A stretch of 37,528 nt of DNA from the NCBI GenBank assembly GCA_910592345.1, contig CAJVPI010000271.1, positions 1 to 37,528 on the forward strand, in the 5' to 3' direction. The stretch comes from Paraglomus brasilianum. Taxonomy: Eukaryota. A model generated the notes under the pieces. The model worked only from the letters and a program-made list of their open reading frames with translations. It had not been told where the DNA came from and did no database searches. Each line of letters begins with the position of its first letter. The first letter of the stretch is position 1. The translations under genes and the position numbers were made by a program. Below are positions 21,991-34,847 of the stretch, in pieces.

Positions 21991-23780
21991 GTTTAATATC
22001 AATTGTACATTATTGATTATCAAATATTAAATATTGAATAAACAGAATACTGCGATCCGTAATAAAATACATAAGTTCTCGTATATAAATTATTAAACAT
22101 ATTGAAATACTGATTCAAAGAGCGGCTGAAGAAATACTCACAAATAAACGAAAGATTAGTCGCCCTTTACACGTATTTCTCTCCTTGTTCGTAAACTATT
22201 AGTGACCGTTTACAATATTAAAGATTAATTGCTCTGACAGGAGATGACTCAGAACTAGCGCTCTAACGGTATGGTGTCCTATTTACTAGGACAACGTAGG
22301 TCAGAAGCTCAGCGTATTGAAAATAATATTTCAGCGGCGATATGGATAGGGAATATGTAGCCGCCTTCGACTTAATTGAAGACACGTTGCATGGCCGTGT
22401 TTAGAGTATTCCCCCCGGTCAAATTGAATACATGCTATTAAACGTAAGCTTTGAAAGAATTCTCCGTTAAATGATTTACGATAAAATATTACGTTGATTT
22501 GAACGTTCAACCAGTTCTGGACGATATCATCCATTCTCCGTTTCGGAAACGGTAGTTAGACATATAAAATAATAAGCAGTTGTAGTTTTCCGCTCTGAAC
22601 ATTGTCAGTGTCTAGTATCTTCAGCATATTTGATTCTATTTTTCTTAATTAAAATAGCTCTTTGAATTCCAATAAATCTGTAATTAATATAGTTGATATT
22701 TTCGTTCATTCCCTGGTGAGTTTATCGAATCGCTGGTTAAGTGATAAAATCGCTTTCTCGATCAGCGGTTAATAAGTTTGATCTTGCCCATCGGACTTAT
22801 CGGAACTTAGGCATCAGGATTCTATTTAATTGCATGTTTAACGCGCGTTACTATTTATAAACTTTCCCCGTCGATAGATTTTCGTTAATAATCCCTAGAA
22901 AATCATAATCGTTGTTTGACTCGGAGGTTAAACAGAATCCAGAGAAGGCGTATACTAATACGATAGTCGGACAATAATCCGTGAGTATTGATAAATCTTA
23001 TTCAAGTCACTAATTGTATAGAGGTTTAGCGATAGTAGGAACGAGCCTAAGAGTTTCGCGGGAAGACGACTAAATCCCAAGGAATTAAGGGGATATAAAC
23101 GAGGTTACGTTCATAATGGATTACTATGGGATTGGGGAATTGGGATTGGGAAAAGGGAAATCCGTCTAGCATCAAAGCTGGGATATAACTGAGGTAGAAC
23201 TGTATCTTTTTGCACCGGACCATAGACCGAATGACGGCTGCATAAGAGTCCAAGAGATTTACATCATAAATCGCGATTAGTCGTGAGATATTTGAGCCAA
23301 GTATTTGAATGCTAACAAGCAAAAAGAAATTAATGAAGTTTTGCGTCATTGTTTTGGCTTCGTGGCATAAATAGTTCCAAAGTATAGGAGGTAACAAAAA
23401 AAGAACAAATTTGCTATTATACAAGTGTCTCTTTCATTCAACGCGTTAAGAATGGTATCCTATTAATTAATATTATGTTGATATCTCAATATAACACACT
23501 CAACCATCGCGCGATGAACGCCAATATAATATGTACACCTGGCACTTATCCGGTGCCTTTTTATTAACCTCACACGGAAGCTTATTTTCAAATGTTATAA
23601 TTCAAATAATACTACTAATACTACTATACATTATCATCGTAAGAAATCCAAAGGATTATATCTGCGTGAATTCCTCGAAGGTGCTGTGGGTAAAGGATAT
23701 AAAAGTTAAACGTGTGAATATATTTTTGCTTATTCTTATAAGTCACAAATGCGCACAGCTTCAAAATACGTTTTTGATTA

Positions 23781-26700
23781 TTATGCCATACCTTCTTCGT
23801 CTAAATTTGATTCATTCACTCCATCACCAGACGTCGTTCTTTGAGGCCTCACATTCCCCCTTACTACTGATTCATTCACTCCATCACCAGATGTCGCCCT
23901 TTGAGGCCTCACATTCCCCCTTACTACTGATTCATTCGCTTCATCGTCATGTATATATGTCATTGTGTAAGGCCTCACATTCCCCCTTACTACTGATTCA
24001 TTCGCTTCATCGTCATGTATATATGTCATTGTGTAAGGCCTCACATTCCCCCTCACTACTGATTCATTCGCTTCATTGTTATGTATATTATATGCCATTG
24101 AGTGAGGTCTCATATTCCTCCCTGATACTGATCTATTCACTTCATCGCCAGATGTCATTGTTTGAGGCCTCATATCTTCCCATCCTACTGATCTATGTAT
24201 ATATATCATCTCTTGAGAATCTGCTGATTCGTTCACTGCATCACCATGTATAGATGGCACTGTTTGTGGTGTTGGTTCCCTTACTACTGAACTACTCGTT
24301 GGCATTGCCATAGGTGTCATCGTTCGAGGCGTCCGATATCTCGCTACTATTGATTCATTCACTGGACCACTAACAGGTAAAGGTGGCATCGGTTGAGGCG
24401 TCACATCTTCTTCTACTCTTATAGCGATTGTCTCAGGAGCTGGAGCCTTATAGCGACGACTATTCTTCCTACTACGTACGCTGGTTGCGCGACCGAGACG
24501 CTTAATCTTTGACTTGACTTTCAGTCGTTCTTTGAGTTGTTTATTCCACAGTTTGAAATAGACACCATTTTCTCTTTGCATAAGTTCGTCATGCGATCCT
24601 CGCTCTACTATCTCTCCGGCCTTCACCACAAGAATCTGATCAGCATGTACGATTGTCGAGAGTCGATGTGCTAAAAATCGAGATTGTAATTAAATTAGGA
24701 ATATAGGTTGTAATATACAAATAAAATGCCACATTCAAAACATATATATCCGTGCATATGTATTCGCTTTCCCTTACCGATTATTAGTGTAGTTCTATTG
24801 ACAGTCATCTGCTGTAGTGACTTCTGTATGTGTCTTTCTGTACTGGTATCGAGTGCCGATGTCGCTTCGTCGAGTAACACAATTTGAGGATTCTAGTGTA
24901 GAAGCACACAAACATTGATTATTATACAAGTTAAACTCGGTGTTTCATTTGATTCTTGTATAGATAATTACCTTTAACACTGTCCTAGCGATCGCCTAAA
25001 ATAAAACACTCCTTATTAGCCTTGTATAGAAATAACACATGCTCCTATTCTTATAATCCAAAGCCTTACTCACCACACGCTGCTTCTCTCCTCCGCTCAG
25101 TCTTAACCCTCTCTCCCCTACTTTAGTATCGTAACCATCAGGGAATCCAAGAATCTTTTCGTGAATTTTAGCAGCAACAGCAGCAGCCGCCACTTCTTCG
25201 TCAGTTCCATCGATCCTACTATATCTTATATTATATTTAATAGTATTGTTGAACAAAACAGTATCCTAAAGAGGGAGTATGAGAAGGTAAATAGCAACAG
25301 TAGAGGAGTGAGTATATAATATAATATGGCAACTGCCCACTACCAGCATATAACACGATAAAATTACCTGAGGTACAACTCCAATTTGACCTCTCAGCTC
25401 TTGTTGTTTAACCTCTTTCACATCAATTCCATCTATCAGGATACAACCCTCTTGGATATCATAAAAGCGTAATAGTAGACGCAAGAGAGTTGACTACATC
25501 GAGAAAAAAAAAAAGACATGTAAATTGACTAGAATCAAATGACGTGCCTTGCACCAGAACATGATACCAGACAGTCTGTATGCACTCCAGTGCGTACTAA
25601 TCACTCTGTAAGATGAGTTCTTATTGCTTACCTTGCCTCCTCCTGATGGTCCAACGATAGCAACGGTTTGTCCGCTTGGTACTCTAAACGACACATTTTT
25701 CAAGATCGGGTTTCTCTCATCATATGCAAAAGTAACATTTCGGAACTCTATTTCTCCCTTCTCCACATTCAACGGCGTAGGTTTAATCGGGTCCTTAACT
25801 TCCACCGGTTCATGCATTAAATCCAACATCTTTTCCATATCCACGAGATTTTTTTGAATCGATTTGTAGTAGGAGCCAAAATCGTTCAAGGGTTGGTATA
25901 GTTGGAGAATGTATGCAAGATACAATACAAAGTCACCGACGGTTTTCTGTCCTTGAGTAACTTGATAAGCACAAAGCAGGCCACCCACAAGAAGACCAGC
26001 TTGGATAATGACGTTTTGCACCAGAGTGAGGATATATATGGTTGCATTGGATATCTTGTCTGCATCCTGGTAGTCGTCGACTGCTTTTTGATATTCCTTG
26101 CCTAAAGATTAAAAATAGGAATGTGGCGATTAGTATGTATGGCAGGCGTATTGAAACGCACAGATCACTTGACAAGCTTTTATAATCGTTATTACTTACT
26201 CTCAAAGTCTTCCGCGGCATAATACTTAACGGTTTCATAATTTAAGAGCGTGTCGACTATTGCAAATGAGACGTTACTATGTATGGTTTTAACGAAAACC
26301 ATCTTGTACTACCAACACACAAATCAACTAACCAGCCTTGGCTTCCATAAGATTTTCTAATACATTTGCCTTTCTTCGATACCCTGTCCTCCAGTCAGTC
26401 AGAATTATGGTAGCAGCTATGTATAGAGACATGGTAACAAATACAATTATGCCGAATAATTTATCAAAGGCAACCGTGAAATAGGCAACAGCGATTCCAA
26501 TATCAACCAAAGTTGGAACGACTTGGAAAAGAACTGAAGATAGAATGGCCACGATCGACATTACACCGCGCTCTAATTGAAAAATGGTAACGCGTTAGTA
26601 AATGACGGATCAGGTCAGACAGCATAGTAAATAAAAAGCCACTTACTTTGTGCACGAAGAATTTCGCCGGTCTTACGATTAATATGGAATCTAAGCGAAA

Positions 26701-27167
26701 GCTCTAAGAGATGGTCAAACATGTCTACGGAAACTTTACGGGTAGTAAACTTGAAGAACATGAAACAATACGATTAAAAGGTTTGTATAGTTGAAGAAAC
26801 ACATCGCTGATGTAGTTGAAGAAACATTTACCTGCGCAATATCAATCCACAGATATGTCTGTATATTACTAAGTAACCCGACATTCCCTTGTAAAAATCT
26901 CAAACCGACGTATATCAAAATGTCTATCATAATAAGTTTCCAGTTATAATTTAATATTCCGTCAACATCAGCCGACACTGTTAAGTTATTTATCAGCCTT
27001 TTATTCCATATGGGCAAGAACACGTTGACTACTCTCCCCAACACAAGACATAATAAACAAATTAATATTATGAATTGTAATCTAAAATTTTTTGTTGGCC
27101 ATAGAAATGGGATTAGGCGTCTAGTCTTTATAAAAAAGTTCGTAAAGCAGTTTCTCTTTTTTGCCAT
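23781..27167 (-). CDS. HMT1: HMT1/ABCB6-type half ABC transporter (about 850 aa) with no N-terminal TMD0 and a repetitive C-terminal extension
   Basis: Ten exons join in frame: 27167-26832, 26749-26647, 26572-26333, 26256-26200, 26101-25632, 25493-25368, 25265-25074, 24995-24972, 24892-24778, 24670-23781. Motifs [87 protein letters not shown]. Confidence 0.9.
23808..24246 (-). repeat. Coding minisatellite in the last exon of the HMT1-like gene
   Basis: Units start at 23808, 23868, 23928, 23994, 24060, 24129, 24189 (periods 60, 60, 66, 66, 69, 60 bp) and encode [11 protein letters not shown] plus QRxTSGDGV or [11 protein letters not shown]. Confidence 0.95.
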
Positions 27168-27210
27168 GTTGTCGAGCAATTTTCTTGTAAGGAGTTTAAC
27201 GAAGCACCGC

Positions 27211-27218
27211 TATTTATA
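27211..27218 (-). promoter_or_regulatory. Putative TATA box of the HMT1-like gene
   Basis: TATAAATA on the minus strand, about 45 nt upstream of the ATG at 27167. Confidence 0.5.
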
Positions 27219-28941
27219 GAGGAATTTTACACAGACGGATAACAATGAAGATTTTACATACGCATGATATTATTATTGATCAAGCGTAATAGGAGAAGAT
27301 CGCCAGGTAGGATTACAGCTGTTATGTACAATAGGGGTTCAATGCTAAATTATATTGACGCCAAATGGTTACAGTTCAAAACTGTGCATAGTGTAATGAG
27401 CTTTTATCATTGTTGTGTAATCATCCGTTTTGGTTTTTTGTTAACGCCTTATGCCTTTTCTGTTAGTGATCTCCAGAAAATTTTTTTTCAAGCATTTACA
27501 GAGTTCTAAATTTAGATCGATAATAGAGACATTGGGATATATCAATCTATTAATATCTTTAAGTTAACGTAGCGTCAACAAACTGTTACCGTAGTGCAAA
27601 CCCACGTTATGTTACTTGTAGATTTTCTGCTCGTAATTTGCTATAATAATAAGCGCAGATTAATTTGTCGGTTACGGCTGTACTATACATACGACCAGTA
27701 AGTAATAATAATATAGGATTATACGGACGTTTATTATAAGAGCGGGTAATTTTCTGCTTCTAACTATAAACGGGATGTTGCAATTATGCGCCACAGAGTC
27801 TTTGTTGCCGATCAGTCCGTTCTAATTAGGGGAGCCTATGCTAATTATGGACACAGAGCACAGCTGATCTTTGGGCTAGTTCTATTTTTAGATCTTGCCC
27901 TTTATCGCTATTATTATTATCTTGCCCAAAATCGCCGTCGTCGATGTATACCATATGAAGTTATCTGTCAATGAGCAAACAAACCTAAACAAACGATAAA
28001 TAAAAAATAACCCTGCCTTGCCCATTTTTTGAGCTAGACCCGTCATTAGTAAAATGCGGCCGAGCTGCATTCGTTTTGGACAGGGACTCACTTTATTAAT
28101 TAGCCATATTAATCTATCAACGAACGTATATTGTCGTACACAATATAGCATGTGATGTACTTTTAATTCGTAGAATACATCCAAGATGATTTTTAAACGG
28201 CCGATTGCCAGGTATTGTGAGATATAGGGGTTTGTGATATGTATCGTGAGGTACTGTGAGGTGTCACAAGTAAGGGGCATTCGAAATTATCTATTAGTGA
28301 TGTTAAACTTACTATATTAATTCAGTACACTTATTAACCAAATCTGAGATATCTAACAGTTCCCTCCAATCCTTCCATTGCCCGTTCGAACAATTCTCAC
28401 CAACTTTTAAATATAAGGTTTAAGGAAAACCTTCAGGTAGCGTTTGTTGAAAGGAGACGAATCGATCAGATCAGACCCAACCATCAGGCCGGTCAGTTAC
28501 ACGGCATTTACCATTTATTCCGCACAGTAAAGGTTGAAACTATTAATAAGAATCTCGTCATGATAGTACCTCCCCATACTTTCAATTATCTTATGCTAGT
28601 ACGAGTGGTTTATATCCATCTTTCATAATGAATTGTATGTAATATGTCATTTAGACAGGAACGGAGTGCAGAATCGTGCATATTTCTGGTCAACGCTTTT
28701 ATAGTGAATCCGTTACTAACTTCCATGGGCGCACCGTTGATATGAACACTATGTCTATTTTACTACGTTGGGGCCTAACGCCATGTTGCTTTTTATCGTT
28801 GAACAAATTTTGTAATCTGCTACTGCAGCACGGCCCAAACAGAAGAGCCGATCCCTCCCCAAAGCAATTATTTTCCTGTTAGCTACAGTATCGCAACAAC
28901 CTAGCAATAAATAACAGATGTTTATCGTTCTACTGATAATC

Positions 28942-29085
28942 GGCGTTTTCGAAGATTATAGTCAATGACTTTCGGGCACTTTTTTTCCGACAATTTATGC
29001 CGCTATATTGATATTCCGAATGTTGATGTATGCCGTACTACCTTACGAATGTCGGGGGGAAAGTGTCCGAATTTTTGAATAAGCC
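28942..29085. mobile_element. Degenerate MITE-like inverted repeat
   Basis: TTCGGGCACTTTTTTTCCGACA (28971-28992) pairs with TGTCGGGGGGAAAGTGTCCGAA (29050-29071). Weaker outer arms GGCGTTTTCGAAGATT / AATTTTTGAATAAGCC. No TSD recognised. Confidence 0.5.
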
Positions 29086-30022
29086 AAAGTCTTACAACAT
29101 TGAATTTCGGTTTCAGGTTATCTCTACCGCTTCTGGGATGCCGTTCTGTCTGGTACTGTATCTATACGATGTCGAATTATAGTTGCCTGCCCTAATTGCG
29201 TCGAATTATAAATGCTAAGTTATTGATTTTAACAAGCTGTTGAATACCGTGTCAAATTTCATGGGCTGTATCCGTTTGGGTTTGCTGTGCCAGTCGAAAA
29301 AAAAGTTTGCAGTCCACCAAAACAATATGACAGTGTCTTATCAGAGGATATCATGATTTCTTTGGCCGGAAAGTACATTCATATAGAGCTGTATTTTTAA
29401 GTTTTTACGATTAGATGGATAGCTATTGTGTATGTGAAAGAAGTACAGAAGTATCTGCATTAGCGATCTTGTCACACATGATGCTATTTAAAGTATGGTT
29501 CACCAAAATGGTTCTAGAATTCTATACAATACTTTCGATGTGAAATGTGTAATTTATCTATCCGTATAACGCACAAAAGACGCAATTTCTATTGTCAATG
29601 GAATCCAATTAACAATCCCTGTTATATGTCTGTCCTCTCAATAGTAAGTCCCTCATTATCATATATGGAGTTTGCAATACGTAATTACATTATGTAACCA
29701 TGCGAATTTTAATGCTCGTATTCGAGTCATACGTAATAAATGGTAAATTCAATACTTGATGACAAACCTATTACTATGGTAAATTAAATACTCGATTGAT
29801 GAAAAATATGGTTACTTACGACTTGATTTGATAATGTTCATTGTCATCTCATCGAAATGGCAAGCCAAAAAACAGTTAGTATTTATTGTTAATAGCGTAT
29901 TCAGCGTTTATAACTGAAAACCATTGCATATAAATTCCTTCCCAAACGTGTATAAAGATCTCTATTGTCTTTATCTTTCCAACACAGTCCTATTGCACTA
30001 TACATATATGATTACAAATACA

Positions 30023-31215
30023 ATGTCTAACTATTCTTCTTCATCGCGTTGTCTTTATCGGCAGTTTTAGCCGTATCATCTCTTTCCAACAACACCTTTG
30101 CGCCTTTGATCTTTTCTCCAAATGCCAAAACTATTCCTGATCAGTATATTGTCGTATTTAAAAATAATGTTACCGAGGATATCATCACGAAAACACTAAT
30201 AGTAAACGAGGTTTTATGAATGATCTGATTTCTGGTATTAAGCTTACTTACACATGAATGGCTTTCGCGGATACGCTGGTAGATTCCAGAGCGATGACGT
30301 ATGTATGCTGCATACGTGTGCAGAGAGTTTTGTGGCAAAGGATAAACAAACAAGTCCTGCATAATCTATTTTAATCACCAATCAATATATCAGATTATCA
30401 TGTTAAATTCCACATGTGATTTCTTCAAACTATTTCCAGGTTGCATATGTCGAGAGAGACCTCCAAGTCCATACGACGGTAACAATGCAACATGGGGTCT
30501 GGCTCTCGTATCTCTCATGCACGATTGAATATGACTACTTCCATACAATATGTGTACGAACCAACTACCAAGCGTATGTAATCGACACTGGCATCAACAT
30601 CAACCATACTGACTTTGGTGGTCGCGCTAAATGGGGAGTTACCATCCCAGTTGGTACACCCAACACAGACGACAACAGACACGAAACTCATGTTGCTGGT
30701 ACAATTACGGGATCCAAGTACGGTGTTTCCAAGAGTGCTAAAGTCGTTGCTGTTAAGGTTTTGTCCATCCGGTTCTATTAGCGATATAATCAATGGTCTG
30801 TGAGAGAGGCCAGTCGAGCAGGAAAAGTATACAAGGGTTCAGTCATCAATACAAGTTTACTGTTACTAATTTGGTAAGTATTGTAAAGATTTTGTGCTAC
30901 ACATCACACGATATTCAAACTAATTCTTTTATTAGGGCCGTAATCATAGCTGCAGGTAATAGCATGACCGATGCTTGCAACGGATTACCTTCACGAGCAG
31001 CAAAAGCGATTGCTGTTGGCGCTACAACCATCGAGGATACGTGCTCTTGGTTCTCCAACTTTGGCTGTTGCGTCACTATCTGGGCTCCAGTAAGTAAAGA
31101 AATATTTAACATTCGAGAGATATTCAACAAAAGCGATTTAGAATTATTCTTTATTTGTTTGGGAGATTAATTTGTTGATAGGAGATTTAACTAGTACCAA
31201 AATTGTATTGCTTTA
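30023..31215 (+). pseudogene. Subtilisin S8 (proteinase K/cerevisin-like) pseudogene
   Basis: Signal peptide and I9 prodomain (IPDQYIVVFK, GFRGYAGRF, VAYVERD), then [51 protein letters not shown], spread over several frames. Frameshift directly after the ATG. No GTSMA catalytic-Ser segment found. Confidence 0.9.
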
Positions 31216-31699
31216 AGTTTGACCGTGTTCAAATATTGCACTGTTTCTACTTTATCCCGTTAATAGTTTGCTTTTCGCATAGTATTCATGATTCTATTTT
31301 GATTCTATGTAAATTGAAATAATAAAACAGCGTTTGTATATTACTATTACATGTCGACCGCTTATTATGCGAAATTTGTCTATTCAACGGCTTGAAAATG
31401 AATAACTACTATTTCTTTTACGGAAGAGAACTGAATTAGTGAGTAATCGGGCAATCTATTGGGAGTGATAAACTTGCAATCTTGTCACATAAAACAGATA
31501 TTAAGATAACGAGTTGAGATCACTTTTTATAAATGAAAAGTACTAATAATAAATAACGTACGCATAAAATATTATGTTTACTTATAATAGATACAACTTT
31601 AAATAGTTTGGCTTTCTCCTCTACTATTACTGAAATGATCATTGCGCAACAACTACTGGACCAATCAATATATCAATATATAATCAATAGTAGATTTGT

Positions 31700-32000
31700 T
31701 GATAGGATATTTCCGTTAATAACTAACTCACATCTGCGCACTAATACTAACATTGTCTCTGGATCAAAAAGATCACTTTTGGTATTCATGTTCCTTCGCA
31801 TGGAGTTCCTGGTGGATTCCATTCCTTCATCATAAATCTTGCTGATTTTGCAGCATTCTCTTTTCGACATTTCTTTTGATGAGATTCCAATAGGGTTAAA
31901 TTCGGCCGTACGACATTAGGCAGAATTATTTTAGGTCGACCAACTTTTTCAAGTTGTTATAGACAGTCCATATTGAAACTTTGTGTCGCTTTGTGCTGAA
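31700..32000 (-). mobile_element. Internally deleted Tc1-like transposase relic
   Basis: Minus-strand fragments VSIWTVYNNLKKL (HTH region), EFNPI / NLIKRNVEKRMLQNQQDL / MMKEWN / SMRR...RRCELVINGN match the Tc1 C-terminal pattern SPDLNPIENLW..IK..VEKR...EW...SM..RC..VI. Confidence 0.6.
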
Positions 32001-32028
32001 TGGACTCCTAGTTTCAAAAAAAGTAATA

Positions 32029-32463
32029 CAGCCGCACCTGGCTATTTGCATACCGTATACACGTATTTGCATAATCTACTCATTGCATAATCCCTTATTG
32101 GGACCTGTTAGCTATTTGCGTGCATATGCATCAAAAATGATCTAACTCTAATAGGCTTTACATATGTATATTATTTTTCCATCAAAAAAAACTTCGAATG
32201 TATGTTGTTTCATGGACTCCAAATAAATTTTTTCATACTATTCTTCACGCTGGTTAGCTTTTTAATTCACGAGAACAGATTTGATACCATTGTTGATTGT
32301 TAATGTAACTATTTTCATCATGAATATAAGCAACAAATACGAATAACATTCGAGTGATACAGCATAACATCTATATTAAATATATAAGCACGTGAAAGCG
32401 TAAATATGCATATTTTTATAAAAGTTTACTGTCACAACAGATGCAAATAGACAGGTGCGACTG
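32029..32463. mobile_element. 435-bp pogo/Tc1-type MITE
   Basis: Left TA|CAGCCGCACCTGGCTATTTGCAT; right end reverse complement CAGTCGCACCTGTCTATTTGCAT (21/23 match), followed by CA. Internal TATTTGCAT subrepeats. Confidence 0.82.
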
Positions 32464-33586
32464 CATAGTTGATTTCAAGCTTGGTGCTCGTCATGTTGTT
32501 GAAATTTTGTACGCAATTAATTTGGTTGATTTTGAAAAAGTTATGCGCCTTTGAATTTTTTGCTAATAATTTCTGTAGCCGACTAATTACTGCCAAAATT
32601 ATTAAAACATCGTCTTTGATACTTAACAACGAACAGATAAAGAATTTATCACACAGTACTTTAGTATCAGAGGATAAAGAACTCGCGCAATCTTCTGTCT
32701 TTGCAGTTTAATAGTCAACGCACTTACTTGTAATATATTAATAAATCACAATAGAACAGTTATTTTGTTAATATCACAAACCAATCAGATTCTTCTCTCT
32801 TTAACTGCACGCTTTCCTCCATCTGCAGGTTCGTCTGCCCATCAACTCTTGGCATTCATGTACGACAATATGAACAGATTTTTGAGGGTCTGTTGCTAAT
32901 ATTATGGGATATTCAGTAATTAAGGACTTGCGAATGTCTTCTTTGCGTTATAGGATAATAGCTGACAAATAGAAAATTCGATTATACGAGGGTATCACTA
33001 AAGTATGAAATCAAATATTAATACGCGTAAAAAAGAAAAAAAAAAATCTTTAGATGAGCATGAAGACTAAAAACTTGCGTGTTTGAGGTAGGTTACCTTT
33101 GATGGGAGAAGAAAATCAACAATCAAATAATTTGACGTTTTGACTGTCAAAACCATTACTTGTGCGCTAATAGCAGTTAGCTTTACCAGATTCTCCGAAA
33201 GTAAGGGAGGGAGCATAAAGCGATTTTGTATGTGGTTAAAAAGGGGGCTTGTTGGTAGAATGTTGGGGCATTTACAAAACGTAAGTAGACTCGTAAGAAT
33301 GAGTCGTATAGACATATTGCCAGCAAGCAATCGTATTATCTATTCATATGACTTTTTTACTCTTCTGCTATAACATGATAACGTCATGGCACAGCTTCAT
33401 AATAATGTTGTCAGTTCTGAGACAGGTCCCCAACTGAAGTACAACAATAATAAACGGTATTTTATCGTTATCATTATATGGATATCACACAATATTAATA
33501 TCAACATAAGTTGTTCGATATTCCACATTCCAGTTACACCCTTAATTTGCTAAGAGACGTTTTTACCATTGCTATTATCTCTATAG

Positions 33587-33711
33587 ATTTGCTCTGCATG
33601 TAGAATACTCGGATGTAGTCCTGTGTGGTGTATTTGTGGGCATAATAAAGAATTATCCGATGGATGGAACTGACTAGCAACTCGATATTTGGATGGATTC
33701 CATTTGATTGC
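33587..33711 (+). pseudogene. Relic of a Glomeromycota-type protein kinase gene (Cys-rich pre-kinase segment)
   Basis: Reads ICSACRILGCSPVWCICGHNKELSDGW, then frameshifted TSN and WIPFDC. This resembles the CxxC...WCxCGH...WTS.N...LEWIPF segment preceding kinase domains in AM fungi (recognised from memory). Confidence 0.5.
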
Positions 33712-33913
33712 GTTGATATTTGGGTATATATGCTACATAACAGTATAAGTATTGAGATTCCTATTGTAAGCGCCAGTAGTGCATTAAAGAGCTTAGAAAA
33801 TGTACGATGATTTTGTTACAACAAGTGAACAGTAAGACAGTTAAACATGGAAGGAAAAGTAGTCAAATGAGACAATCAACCATAAATCAATATTTTAAAA
33901 TAAACGTCCAAAT

Positions 33914-34036
33914 TACTATTTTCCCTAAATGCACACTCCCTCTAAATGCACGCCATGGTCTGGTCCCAACGGCGAGCACTTAGAGGGGTTTATCAGTCGG
34001 TTTGATACTTTTGGAGTAGTGCATTAATAAAACATA
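33914..34036. mobile_element. Small degenerate MITE-like foldback
   Basis: CCCTCTAAATGCACGCC (33938-33954) pairs with GGCGAGCACTTAGAGGG (33971-33987). Outer TAAATGCACACTCC pairs with GGAGTAGTGCATTAA (34013-34027). Confidence 0.5.
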
Positions 34037-34052
34037 ATTTTGTTGTTATTGC

Positions 34053-34441
34053 TTGATTGAGAGGGTAGTGTATATCCAACTCTGCCATATAAACCAAAAG
34101 CTTGAAATAATAATTCAAGCGGTCGAATCCGAGAAAATCAAAGTCAAATCCAAATTTCATAAGCCGCTCAGTGAGCGACGCTACTTGTTAAACATTGAAA
34201 GTTTGTGGAAAGATTTAAAACTTCATTCGATACGAAATCAGACTTTTCATTTACCGAAGTGGCCACTCAAATCCACGAGTTACGCGAGGGAAAAGGCGTT
34301 GCCGCCTCAACTTTAAAAAACTTCTACCTGCGAAAAACGAACCCTCGAAAAACAACCGTCGAAGCAGTTCAAGAATGGGTCAAAAAGGAAAAGGAGAGAG
34401 AAGAGTATAGGGATACTCATCAAGGCTTTGGGTCTGAGTAA
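34053..34441 (+). pseudogene. Frameshifted small HTH-like protein gene
   Basis: Two overlapping ORFs would join near 34200. The distal part FTEVATQIHE...VAASTLKNFYLRKTNPRKTTVEAVQEWV has an XRE/HTH-like pattern. Confidence 0.4.
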
Positions 34442-34847
34442 TTTCGTTTTTTTTTTAAAAGATTAACATTTACAACAATCGATACACATATTTTGTCATA
34501 TTGAGTGCATGGGAGGAAATCGCAAATTGTCCCAACTTTGATGAAAACAAGGTCTCCATTCATATCATTGTGCTGTCATATAGACTACAAATAACGAGTA
34601 TAACGCTTGTTGATGGGGATTGTTGTTTTGATCTCAAAATGAAGCTTTACTTTTTACATACGATAGTGCAAATGTGAGTGAATTGGTCCTGATATTATAT
34701 AATAGTAAAATACAAGCATATAAATTATCAATATACTGCAAATAGCATAATACTGTATGTCAGCGTTAGTATTAGTATGATTGGCAAGGATTTTGGGGTA
34801 CAGATTATGTCGCGCAGCGCTGTCTTTCAGGCAACTATAGTTCTCTC

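Noticed and set aside
22331..23424. Short ORFs and stop-ridden coding-like stretches between GUD1 and the HMT1-like gene
   Set aside because: Possibly old relics, but no family could be recognised from the sequence alone.
23808..24246. Repeat array as a possible CRISPR
   Set aside because: The variable parts are themselves repeated, periods are codon multiples inside a spliced eukaryotic exon, and there are no cas genes.
23531..24253. 240-aa plus-strand His/Leu-rich ORF (LIHSLHH repeats)
   Set aside because: Antisense shadow of the frame-preserving minisatellite in the HMT1-like last exon.
28824..29293. Weak outer inverted repeat (CAGCACGGCCCAAAC / GTTTGGGTTTGCTG) around the 28942-29085 element
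   Set aside because: Too degenerate to define termini or a TSD.
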